NCBI RefSeq assembly: GCF_009914755.1
Contig: NC_060926.1
From: the human T2T-CHM13v2.0 reference genome, Homo sapiens
Length of the DNA stretch: 64,000 nt
Strand: one strand, 5' to 3'
The notes under the pieces are model-generated. The model did not search any database. It saw only the letters and a list, made by a program, of their open reading frames with translations, and had not been told where the DNA came from. Position numbers and translations under genes: made by a program. Shown piece by piece: positions 1 through 12,354 of the stretch. Each line of letters begins with the position of its first letter. The stretch's first letter is position 1.

Positions 1-1689
1 TCCAGATGACCTCCTTTTGTTCTAGGGAGAGTTATACAAACAGTCAGTGCTCCAGGAAGCTGCTTTGGGTCTTCCAGGTCTAGCATGGCTTCCAGTAATT
101 ATTTTGAGAGAAACAATGATGGAAAGAATCCATGAAAAAGGAAGCTTGGGTCATACAGTTTGTGGGTAGGGGAACACTGAATATGAAAATTGCAACTGGA
201 GATCACCCTTTGAGGTTAGGACCCAGAGAAAAGTGATGTTATGAGTCCTGAGTTATTTTATTAGTGGATAGAAAATTATAGGAAGTGATATGTTTTGAAG
301 ATGGAAATTTTAGAGGTCTAATGTAACTCTCCAGGCATATTGAAAGATGTTATTTCCATATTCTTCTTGGGTAATCAATCATGCCATAGCAAATTAAGAG
401 TTCTTATTTTTAGGCTTATTAGCTACACAATGATAATGAAAATTGATTACAGCCACATTCCCCTCCTTAAGACACTGTCAGTAAATGAACTGAGATGCCC
501 CAGAATCAATCCATTTAAAAAATATACTAAAGGTTGAAAAAAAAGCCCTCATCAATTACTTTGACATCTGTTAATAAAGAAAAGATGACGAACTGGCTGC
601 TTCTGTCATTGTTCGCTTACTGTAGGCTAAGAAAACAAGTTCTTTTGTTCTACCAACTGAAGACATCTTCAAAAGCTGAAAGTATCTGAGCTGCTGAAGA
701 CCAGATATTGGTTTCCAGGAATATAAATCAGAGAAACGTCCAAAAATACTAATAGGAAAGTGCAAAAACAAGAATAAGCCATGTCTGTCTCTGATTTATC
801 AACCTTCAAAGTCTAAGAAGGTTCTTTGGATTAGACTCAGGAAGTTCCTGTAGGTGGAAACTTGGCAATACTGGGGTATTATAAAAATGCTGGTAGGGGC
901 TGAATATGGTGACATTAACAAACTAAGGATCTAGAGAAACAGGGAAGTGCACCTTTTGTGAACCTAATTAATGGTTTTGTGCTTTATAATTTTGGGAAGA
1001 TGTCAAGATGTCCAAATAAATAGCAAATAATAATACACCAGTTCTGTATGTTACCTTTTCCAAGCCATTTTTTGGGGGTAAAAGAAAAAAATGCTGAAGA
1101 TAGTATCTTACGGGGTCCCACACTAACACTGAGGTTTCACTAACAACAGAGTGCATGAGGAACGCATTCAGTCCTCCCTCAGATTATTCTGAGCTGAGTC
1201 CAGGGAGGCCTGGAAAAGCTCACTCATAACAACACAGGGCAAGATGACAGTCCTCTGGGGCTTAGGCCCATGATCTCTGGACTCTAACACTCATCACCTT
1301 GGAGTTGTAAGGTCTCAGCTCATTTCAGAGATCAGGCTCATTTAAAAAATCAGCTCACAAACATGGATTGCCTTTGAACAATTATAGAAGTTCTAGATAC
1401 TCTTCATAGAAAGAAAATGGAAAATAAAGTATAAAGATGTATTTCTCTTTTCTGAAGGATTGTGTTTAAGCAACTTGGAACGAATCCAGGTCAAATATCA
1501 AGTGACTTCATACTTCATGCATTTCTCTGCTGATTGACATATGGTCATGCTAGCTGGAGACTGGGTCATAGGAGAAGAGCTGCTGTGCTACTAAATGCCT
1601 GTGTCCATATTTATATCCACAAACATCTTTCTCTAAGAAGGTATCATTCTGTCTGAGGGTCACAAGCATATGTATATATACAAGTTTAA

Positions 1690-1835
1690 ATAAACAGAGG
1701 AGACACTAGAACATTTTTTTGGTGATGGAAATTTTTTTTCCTTGATTGCAGGGCTGTGTGTGTTTATCAAAATTCATGGGACTGTACACTACAAAGGGTG
1801 AATTTTAAAAATGTAAATTTTTACATTAAATACTT
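1690..1835 (+). mobile_element. Old L1 (L1MC/L1ME-type) 3' end fragment
   Basis: ggtgatggaaat...ttatcaaaattcat...actgtacact...gtgaatttt...gtaaatt resembles the old L1 3' UTR terminus. Confidence 0.55.
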
Positions 1836-2159
1836 CATTAACCCCACCCCCAACACACATACTAAGTTCTTAAAGACAAAAGTCTATGATAAAGCCCAGC
1901 TTTCATGGCCTTATTGGAATGGTAGAGGGACTGACTGAATGATATGTAAGATCCGTCCTAACTCTAATATTCTATGAATAATTTTAAAGTATCTCAACTG
2001 AAGCACTTTACATTTCTATCCCACAGGACACTAATGACTGAGACTGTAAGCATGTATTTAAACCTGGCCAACTAATGTATACATATTTCTTCCCACAGGC
2101 AGGGGAACATATTGAAAGCAAATGCTAATATCTCAATTCCTAGCTAAGGTAATAGTGCT

Positions 2160-2365
2160 AGCTAATATTCATTGAATAGTTACAATGCACAGGCATTTCT
2201 ATGTGACATACATGTATTAGTTTATTTGATATAACAACCCTATGAAACTGAAACTATTATTGTCTCCATTTTACACACAAGGAACCTGAAACACAAAGAA
2301 GTTAGATGTCCTGTTCACAGTCAAACAGCAAGTGAGTGGTAAAGCCAGGACTTAAAGCCAGGTAG
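2160..2365 (-). mobile_element. MIR SINE
   Basis: Core-like ctccattttacacacaaggaacctgaaacacaaagaagttag. Confidence 0.65.
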
Positions 2366-2894
2366 TGCACTCTTTGTGGAGAGACTCAGAATCCAATGAG
2401 CAAGGAGGGATCAAACCTTATGTACTCCACAGAGAGGTAGACATGGCGTTTGAAGCTCCCATCACAGACTTCTTTATCCTTGCTCCTCATTCTCCATCCT
2501 ACTACTCCATCCCTTTTTGCAGGGAAAAAAAACTGTTCAAAGAACAAAACTCAGAACCTTTTTTCCTGCTTATATAAAGGGCATGGTGTCTCCCTCTTCT
2601 GCTTCCTCACTTTTTCCTCCTAGAAAGCACCCATGCAAAATATTTAACATAGAAAACGGCATCAGTTCAGGTAAGCTGCCAGCTTGAAGTAAGATTGGTG
2701 AAGTTGCAAGGAGGATGAACCAATAGGTGGATCTTTTGTGATCCAGTGCCCTTGCCCTGCCACCCACTTCTTGGTGGCTTTAAGCTAATTAGTTGGACAC
2801 AAAAGTCTTAAAGGAGTAACAAGGCTAAGGTGGACAAGAGTGAGAAGGGAAGCAAAACCTGGACTGTAAAGATAACATTGGAAAAGAAGGGACT

Positions 2895-3120
2895 GAGAGG
2901 CAGCTGTGGTGGATTAGAAAGACCACTTGACTCAGAGTCAGAAGTCCTGATCTTAATACCATTTGTGTCTTTCAGTAGAAGCATGACTCCGAATATGCTA
3001 CTTCTCTGAACCTCCACGAGCTCATCTGTAAAATGGGGACAGCATAGAAGGGTCCTTGTTAAGACTAAAGATGTCTCTGAAACTGAGGTACACATTGTAA
3101 AGCACCGTGCAATATGAATT
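2895..3120 (+). mobile_element. MIR SINE
   Basis: Core ctctgaacctcc...ctcatctgtaaaatgggg with a tRNA-like head. Confidence 0.65.
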
Positions 3121-3977
3121 AAAATGGCAGAGCACCAACCAAAGGTGCCTGGGTAAAGAAGCTAGGGAATTGGGGGATATGGACATAGAGTGATCATGTT
3201 TATTCTCTTTCCAACAAAGGCCTGAATTAACAAACACAAAATGGCTCTGCTGTCAAGAAAAACACAGTGGGTAGATACACTTGAAAGTCACTTCTGAAAG
3301 AGACCTTGAAGAAGGGATGGAGAATGTTTGGGGTGGACAGAAACTCCTCCAAGAAAGACAATGAAAGACAACAAGTTAGGTCACGGTGGCTAAAGAGGAG
3401 ACAATGATTTGTTGTCTGACTCTCCAGCTACGATGGGGCTGTAACTAATGAGGTTATTCTGGTTACAAAGGAAGCATTCAGCCCCTTAATGAAAAACTCT
3501 TTGGCAACTGGTGTTAGGGAAAGAAAAAACAAACCAGCAGCTTATTATTAGTTCCACAGCAAGTTAATTAATTTTTGCCAGTCACTTTGGGTCACTTGCT
3601 GGACTGAGCATCTGTCTCACTCAACTGAACAGCTGGAGGGATGGTGGGTGTCTCTGCGGGCCATGCATGTGTCCTGTTCCGGGAGGAGAAGGGAGAGCTA
3701 ACTACAAGGCTGAAAAAACGTGAGCTTCCAGTGTTCATCTGCTCCTCTCCTGTCCACTGTCCACTCAAGCCAGGCCAAAGGATTGTAATTCCATGGGAAA
3801 CAAAGGAAATGAAAATGCTTAAAATGAGTTTTTTTCTGCCTTTGTGTAGCACTCAAATGAGAGCAGTGTAATATGGTACAATGAGCACTATGTCAGCCTG
3901 CAGAAGTCCTAGCCCAGGCTCTAGGGCCTCCTCTCTCACTGATCAGCTTGGAGCTATGGTAAGGTGCCTTAACCTCT

Positions 3978-4067
3978 CTGGGCTTCTCTTACCTCACCTG
4001 AACTAACTACCTGCATGGAAAGCTGGGCTTCTCTTACCTCACCTGAACTAACTACCTGCATGGAAAG
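3978..4067. repeat. Perfect 45-bp tandem duplication (2 copies) within a MIR remnant
   Basis: ctgggcttctcttacctcacctgaactaactacctgcatggaaag at 3978-4022 and again, identical, at 4023-4067. Confidence 0.95.
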
Positions 4068-5776
4068 ATGTTCATTTGGTATCCTTTCTAGCATTATGAA
4101 ATTTGAGTTAATAAATATATCTTTTCTTGGAGACATGTCAACTACTTGCCAAATACCACCAAACAACACTTCCAGGAAGACAGCAGTGGCTAGGTGTAAC
4201 CCTTATTCAGGGATGGGAGAGCAAGGGCTGCAAAAGTGCTCAAATAAAACACCCACACAGAGTTGACCTGGCTTCAGAAAATACTAGCATGATTTCTAAA
4301 GATGTGTAATATGCAAGTGTGACGAGTGCCATTTTATTTAGCATACATATTAATGCTAGTATATTTACTTTCTAGAGTGGATTAAGTGATACAAATTTTC
4401 TGAATTATGTGTGCTGCATAATATGTAATACACATATATAATATTTATTACATACTCACCCCTAGAATAGACCAAGATGCTCATAAACTACACTGAAGCA
4501 GGGACCATAAGTTTAATTCCCTCTTTGAGCCAGTTTAAGCTACTGTTTGGGTGCTGTGATTTTTAAATCACTTGCATTTAATTCAAAATTATGAAGTTTT
4601 CAGCAAAACGAAAAAATCAAATTGGGAGAGAGCTCATTATCTCAAGCAAACCCATGTATCTCACTGGGCTTTCAGAATTGTCCTCCCTCCCCTCCCCTTA
4701 AAGAGATGATGATGTTAAAGTCCTAGATTTAATGCTTAGCCAGTGCTCTAGAATTGTGGGTTTCCTCTCCTCCTGCCTCTCCCAGAACTAATATTCACTG
4801 TCAAGCCTGCTGCAGGTAGTTAAAAGGAGTGATAGGGATCCTCTAAACCCACTCAAACAAAAGCATTAGTGACTGATAGGGAGATTTGCAGTTCCACTGG
4901 GAACAATGCTACTTAATGAAATTAGCATTGCATTTATAGACAGTATTTAGGATCCCATGGTAAATCAGTAGGTGAGGCTTCCAGGAAGGCAAGTGCATAC
5001 CACTGACATCACTACACCCAGGAGTGGGCTGTTCTGCCTGGGGAAGGTGGGCTGGGGAGATGGGATAGGGTCTCCATGGTGAGCTATTTATTGTGACAGC
5101 ACTGTCCAGGTTCTCAACTGGTCACAAAACCTGGTCACACACTTTCTGTGAGCAGCCCCTTAAGAAGCGTAGGGCATTCTAAGCACTACGTTATACAACA
5201 GGGACTGACATTTGGGGAGGCAAAGTGAATCATCCATTCTCTCAGGGCTGGGGCTGGACCAAAGTTATTAAACAAATAAAGAGTTCTACCAGCCTACCAC
5301 ATAAACCAACCCATCTTTACATTTGCAACATCTGTCCCCAGAGACCAGGCATTTCTGAGGGTCTACTTCAACACAACAGATTGTCTTATTCTGTCTTGTA
5401 TTGTTATAACATAATACTACAGACCGGATAATGTTTAAAGAAAAGAGATTTATTACCATCAATCTCTTAGAGGAGCCCTCTCTCCCTGCCTCCTTCTCTT
5501 CTTGTCTGCTGTACTTTACCTTCTTTCCAACTTTCTCCTTTGCTCTCATCTCTCCCCTCCCAGCTCTGCTGTTTCTCCCTTTACCTTACCCTAATATGCC
5601 CCTTCTTATATATCCAGTTTTTAATTATTATTAGCTAGACTCCATCTTTTAAAAAGTGATACCCCACTTTCGGGACATGAAATAAAATAGCCCTCTAATG
5701 TGTACAATTTTGGAAGGAAGCCTTGTCCTTTCCAAATAAGCCATGGATGTGCTATGGACAATGGGGGCACCAAGAG

Positions 5777-5830
5777 TCTGTCCAGCACGGTCCTTCTGTC
5801 CACCACAGTCCCTCTGTCCAGCATGGTTCC
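5777..5830. repeat. Degenerate 18-bp tandem repeat, 3 copies
   Basis: tctgtccagcacggtcct / tctgtccaccacagtccc / tctgtccagcatggttcc. Confidence 0.8.
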
Positions 5831-6719
5831 TCTTGGGCCCAGGGCCCAGTCAGACTCTGCACCCACAGACACGCTTCTTGACTGGTCATGTTAAATCCTA
5901 GCCCAGGAAATGCAGTAACAGCTCTACTGTGGACTGACTGTGAACACAAACCAGATAACGTTTTAAAGCCTGAGTGATCTGTGCCCAATTTGTTCAGAGG
6001 AACTGGAAACAAGAAGAGTTGCCAAGACAGGTGGGCAAATATGCTGAGGTTCAGCTGCTCCCTCTCAAGGCCCCTCTTGAGGAAATCACTGGTGGGGACA
6101 AGGCCAGCCCCTGGATGCCAGTCACTCAACTCCACCAATCCCCAGGCCAATGCCTCACACAATTCCCTCTTTTTAAAGGAGGGGAGTGGTGGAGATGGGG
6201 TGTGATGAGAAAGAAAAGAAGGAAAGATACATATGAGGAAGTCAGGGTGAAAAGGGGATGAGGGAAACCAGGAGAAGGTGGGGAGAGGAAAAGAGGAGAG
6301 AAACGGCCCAGGGAGAGGGGAGAAAGGGGGGAAAAAAGGGGTGGTCAGAAGAGTGAGTAGAGGCAAGCAGACAGGCAGGGGGCCATGGAAAGCTGGAATG
6401 TGCACAGCTGTTCCAAAGCTCACAGCTTTCTTTCCTTTGGGGTCTTCTTAGTTTCCTTGCATTTTCATAACTTATGTCTCTTCCTGAATGTGATTAAACA
6501 ACCCTCCCCAATTCTACCTTGAAGTACTGCATTAGCCATAAAGGCATAGAAGAAGGAGACCACACAATGCCCTCATGGAAACCGTAGTGCTCCCTCAACT
6601 TCTCATTTGGTTGACTTCTCCCATGAAGTACTCACACCGGACATCTTCCTGGGCAGTTAAAAGCACTTACTCTGCTCCTCTCTGGCTCCTTGTAACATAG
6701 TTACGGAAAGAGACTGAAG

Positions 6720-6935
6720 ACACCAATACTTACTGAGTGTTGTGCATTCTTCTAGGGATTTTATATATGTTGACTCATTTAAATCTCATCACAACCCTAA
6801 AACAAGATATTATTATTCTTATTTTAAAGGTAATAAAGCCAAGATTCAGAGAAATTAAGCATCTCAATGGAAGTCATGCAGCTACAGGAAGCAGAGTCAG
6901 ACGGGTCTGACTTCACTGTCTCCAGTGCATCATGC
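6720..6935 (-). mobile_element. MIR SINE
   Basis: ctcatttaaatctcatcacaaccct...attttaaaggtaataaagccaagattcagagaaattaag. Confidence 0.6.
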
Positions 6936-7547
6936 TAACCCTCCTGCTTCTCCCCTCTACCTAGTTAGGGGCTTTCTAACAGGCCAGAAGATTAGATGAG
7001 AGAGGCATTGCCATTTTGCACTGATGCTATGATTGTCAACTCCAGGACTCACCACACTATCTGGCTCATTGCATTTTCATTGAATGATATTTCCACTTCT
7101 ATGATTCGGATAAGAATAGTTTATGTCAATGTTGAGAGGACACGTAAGTGTGCAATCACTTTGAACTCTAACAAGAAAAATAACATGATTGTTTAGGTCT
7201 TAACAGGTGATGTTCTAAGACCTGTCATATATTAATCACATCATTCTCATAAAAATCCTATAAGGTATGACTGTCTATTTGCATGGCACACATGAGAGAT
7301 AAAGTCACTTTCTGAAGATTATACAGTAAATAAATATGGAGCCAAGATTTGTACTCGAGCAGTCTGACTCTGGTCCTTGTGTTCACTCTATCCTCCACTT
7401 ACACACTTACTAAAATGGCCAATCTGTGTCATTTAGAGCTGGCATAGCAGAAAACTGAGGCCCAACAGAGGCCAATGTAAGAAATGCCCTATCTGTTGAA
7501 CTCTTATATGTTTATGGAGTATCATACTGTGTCTTTTATGAATATCT

Positions 7548-7858
7548 GTTTTGTTTTATTGTTGTTGTTTTTTTTGAGATGGAATCTCACTCTGTCGCTG
7601 GAATGCAGGGCAGCGGTGTCATCTCAGCTCACTGAAACCCCTACCTCCCAGGTTCAAGCAATTCTCCTGCCTCAGCCTCCCGAGTAGCTGGTACTACAGG
7701 CGTACACTGCCATGCCTGGCTAGTTTGTTTGTATTTTTAGCAGGGACGGGGTTTCACAATGTTGCCCAGACTGGTTTTGAACTCCTGAGCTCAGGCAATC
7801 TGCCCACCTCGGCCTCCCAAAGTGCTAAGATTACAGGCATGAGCCACCACGCCCGGCC
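7548..7858 (-). mobile_element. Alu (AluS, Sz6-like)
   Basis: Full dimer in reverse complement ending gagccaccacgcccggcc; gagctcaggcaatc variant; degenerate T-rich tail. Confidence 0.92.
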
Positions 7859-8519
7859 TATCAATATATTTTAATACATATGTAACTAAAAGTTGACCGG
7901 GGCCAGCCTCCCTGCCCTTTGAGGTCTAAGGAAGATGAGTTTGAACCTCCAATTCTGCACCTTGTGAAAGTCTAAAATTCTCATGAAGATTTCCCAAACT
8001 CCCAGGTGCTCATGGCCACCTCTAACTTCAGATTCATGAATTGTCTCATTTGACCCAATTTCCTGTATGTTTTATAATAAGTTGCCCCAAAAGTGAAATT
8101 TGGCCCCTTCCTTAAGTTTCATCCAAAAGGTTACTTATTGCAAGGCCATTTGTGTGTTCACTATAAGATTTGGGTAGGAGAGGTGCAATAAATACAGAGA
8201 AAGAATTTACATCGAGGAATATAAACAACCTCAAGGTGATCATTAGGCGTGCTGGCTCCTTATGGTTATGCCAGCTCCTGCAGTTACAACAACCCTCTGG
8301 TAAGAAACTGTCAAAGTTGACTTCACCGGTCCTATCTTTTCCTTCTCTTCTTTCCAGAAATATCCTCTCATTGTTTTTTTGCGTAAATATGGACATCTGT
8401 GACCTACACGTGAAGGCATTTTTCCAAATAAAGACAGCTTCCTCCCAAGAGAAATTTGTGTGCCTGCTTTTATAATATCATGTTTAACCCTTGCTACATG
8501 TTTGTGCCTTATCTTTTTG

Positions 8520-8640
8520 ATAAAAATATGAGCTCCTTAGAATAAGTACCATATCTTTTACTGCTATGTATTGCTCTCCAGGCCTAGAAGAATGTCCAGT
8601 AGATAGTAGGGACTCAAGAGCTGTTTGATGATTGACAATA
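8520..8640 (+). mobile_element. L2 3' end fragment
   Basis: tgagctcctt...cctagaagaatgtccag...tagtagggactcaa...tgtttgatgattga. Confidence 0.55.
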
Positions 8641-10623
8641 AATCAGACTGAGTCACAAATTGACTCATAGCTCAGTTTGACTATTAGGCTAATACTCCTT
8701 CCACTGAACACACTTCCTAAACAACACGGTCTTCCCATAAGCCTATATTCAACTACCACTGTATTTCCTTAAAGGGCAATTCATAAATCAGAGCAGACTA
8801 AACCACGGGCCTAATTTCCCCATTGGAACTCCTCATATTCATCTTCCTGAGCAACCATAAAACATGATTTCAAAATGACCTAGTAATTATGTCTTAGGGA
8901 CACTGAAAAAAGTTTAAGTAAAAATGTCTTCATTACACAGACCCAAAATTCTTTTATGGAGACACACTCTTATTAATCACTTCAGGTGAGTCAAAGTAAA
9001 CGTAATCAGTCAAAGCTTTACAGGAAAAGATTGAAAGAAAATTCTTGGTCCAGAATGATTTCTCTCCCTCCCTTCCTCCTTCCCATCGTCCTCCTTCTCT
9101 CTCTCCCGGATTCTTTCACCAACTTTTACCCAAGAAAGAGTACAACCAGTGATGGCATCAGTGAGATCCTTAAGCAATTTCCCTCTATAGAGTTTAATCT
9201 CATGGGGATAATTTCAAGAGAACCAGACTGTATTTTGGATGACTCACAGTTGTATTGTGTGTCTAAGACATATTTGAATATCTTCTCATAACAGACAATG
9301 AATCAGGCAATATTTTCAACTAGTTTTCATTCTCCTTTGTTCAATGTTTAAAAAAAAAGATAGGACAAAATCTAACTGTGGGTATCAGTAGTTGTGAAAG
9401 TTTAAATTTTGTTCCATGTAACAATGCAGGAAAATTATAACTAATAGGTCTAGTCTGTAACCTATTATGTTTAAGGTCAGTATATGTATAATGCTTCTCT
9501 CTAGTGTTTGTCTATATGTCAAGTAACAAAACAAAGAAACATTTTGCTCCATGATGAAACCACCCTGAAGGGGACTTAGAAAAACCTTTCCTTGTTATGT
9601 TGAAACAACACAAGGAGAGGGCAAAAAGAGAGGAAAGTACTACCTCTAGGAACCCCCTTGGTTTCTGGGTTCCTCATTTACCTCTTTCTGATTAGTACAG
9701 CTTTCCCAGTTCTTCCCAGGTAAAACCTTCTGAAACATTTCTCCTACAAACAGCTCTGCTCCAATTGCCAATGTCTCTGAGAGCCAGGAGAGATGATCTT
9801 AGCCCACTAAAATCTCACATCTACAACAAAAGTGGCAATGATGAAAATGGCATTCCAACCATGGTTCAGAGGGTTGATTTGCATAAGTCTGCTTAAGAAA
9901 TTTTTCATGGGATTATGAAAAACCAAACTTGAAATTTGTTGTTTCTGAGCTCTGTTTTAAAAATAATGACGTTACTAAATACCCAGTTGTCCAAACTATA
10001 CAATTAAATTAATACTGGTTCTCTTTTCTTTAGTTACCAAAACAGACCTCAGACTCAGAGCCTTTTTGTACTCCCACTTCCATTTGGGAGTAGGTTTGGG
10101 TCTTTATCTGTCACTTGAGTAGCCCCTTACCTGGTCTTCTTGTGGCTACCCCTTCCTCATACTCTTCTTCCATCACTATCAGAGCAATCTTGGCAAAAGA
10201 AGGGCTGGTCAAGTTACCCCCATATTTATGTCCTTCTATTGTCTGCCCAATAAAGTCTGGGTTTCTTAATATGACTTTTACAGTCCTCTTCACAAGCTGG
10301 TTCTAAACCTATCTTTCCATCCTCATGCTGCAACCCAGCTCCACCCCACCTTGTCCCAGGTCCTACTATCAGGAGTGACAGCATAATGGCTTCCAACTAC
10401 TGAACCTTTACTCTGTGCTCAGCATGGTGCTATGTTCTATATAGACAACCTTTCACTTCGTCCTCACAACTTAGGGCTGACATGATTACTATAATAGTCT
10501 TCCATATCACTTACGGAGGTTCAGAACTTGTCCAAGGCTGCCCACCAGTCTATCCTCTGGCTACATTGCCCTTTCATTTCCCATCCTATATAAAAATCTA
10601 GCCTTCCATTGAGAACCTGGTAA

Positions 10624-10932
<309 letters not shown>

Positions 10933-11699
10933 TCTGCTCCTCTTTGAGGCTGGCTTCCACAACCCCTGACCCTCCTAACCTCCCGCTTTTCCCTATCTGA
11001 TGTTACTCTGAGCCTACTGTATTTTTTTCATAAAATATTGTTTAAACTTGATTACAGCAATAATCACAGCAAGTTTAATGTGTCTGTCACCTACTCCAAA
11101 CCATGAACTATCCTTACGTCTTATGTATTTATGGCATCCTTTATCCTTTATGCCTACCATGGCCTGGAACATAGCAGGTACTAAATAACTTATTATAGCA
11201 TTAAGTACCAGGCTGTGAGTTCTTGGTGGGCTCCCAGGTGTTGAGGTTGAAAGGGGGCCTATGCAGGATAGGACACAGTGACAAGGGCATGGTCACAAGA
11301 ATAGGCAGAGCTCTTGGCTAAGAACATTACACCCACTTCATCATTCAGAATTAGAGTTGAAATTAAGTATTGGCCTACTTGATATTGTTTGCTTCAACAG
11401 GGCTTCCCCTGGGACCCAGAATGAGTTTAAGCCTGGGATTGGAACCTACGTAGACTTGCTAGCTTTCAAATGATTTTTTTTTTCATTAAAGCACACAGAT
11501 AAGATATACCATGAATTTCACTTACGTAAGATCAACCTCCTCTTGTTCCTGAGAAGTAATGAAATAATTAAATAGAACTAACCCTTGACCTGAAATTCCC
11601 TGCCCCATGTCTCCCTACTCTCATGCATGGGTGTTTCTCATTCCCTTCTGCTGTCCTGCCACCATGCCGAAGTTCACGCAACAGTGCTCATCTCTAGGC

Positions 11700-12000
11700 C
11701 ATTTTCAATTAATTTCCTGAGTAAAATTTCATGAGACACTATAAAATCTTTTGCTGAAATCAAGATGTATTACATCTACTCTATTCCGTTAGTCTACTAA
11801 TCAAAAAAGCAATCAACTTTGTCTGGCATGATTTGTTCTTTTAAAACCTATAATGCTTATTGCTCATAATTCCATTATCCTAGATAGTATTTTATTCCTC
11901 TTAATATTTGTTCCACTATATTAACAGGGATTGAATTACTAGATGGTCGTTTCTAGGGTCCCTTTTTTTTCTCCCCACTGCTTTGAAAATGAGCTACCTA
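11700..12000 (-). mobile_element. CR1/L3 LINE reverse transcriptase fragment (ancient)
   Basis: Frameshifted minus-strand translation gives DPRN..., SIPVNIVEQIL, KNKSCQTKLIAF and RVDVIHLDFSK. These match, in the correct order, the CR1 RT motifs DPGNYRPVSLTSIPGKILEQI, KSCQTNLISF and VDVIYLDFSKAFD. Confidence 0.75.
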
Positions 12001-12354
12001 ATTTGAAACTATCAAAAAAATGGTATTTTCTTACTCTGTTGAGTCATAGAATAAGAAAGGAGCTCCCAGAAGTCACTTGATCAATGCCCTTGTATCTCCT
12101 CAAGGCTCTCATCTCCTTTCTAAACCATTCTAGACCAGTACTCATTACTCAGTGTCTCCCAAACAGGAGATTCTGAGACCTCTTTTGATAACTGAATCAA
12201 TTATTCATGTATGACCTTATGATCCAGAAGAACTTCCTAATTTCTCATCCAGGACTATTCTGAAAGAGGATGATGGGCTGAAGACACAGATCTGAGCTCC
12301 AATCTTGAGCATGCCATTAACTAGCCATGTGACTTTAAGCAAGTAACTTATTCT

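Noticed and set aside
5752-6423. 223-aa minus-strand ORF
   Set aside because: Low-complexity Pro/Phe/Ser sequence produced by the purine tract; no recognisable domain or exon boundaries.
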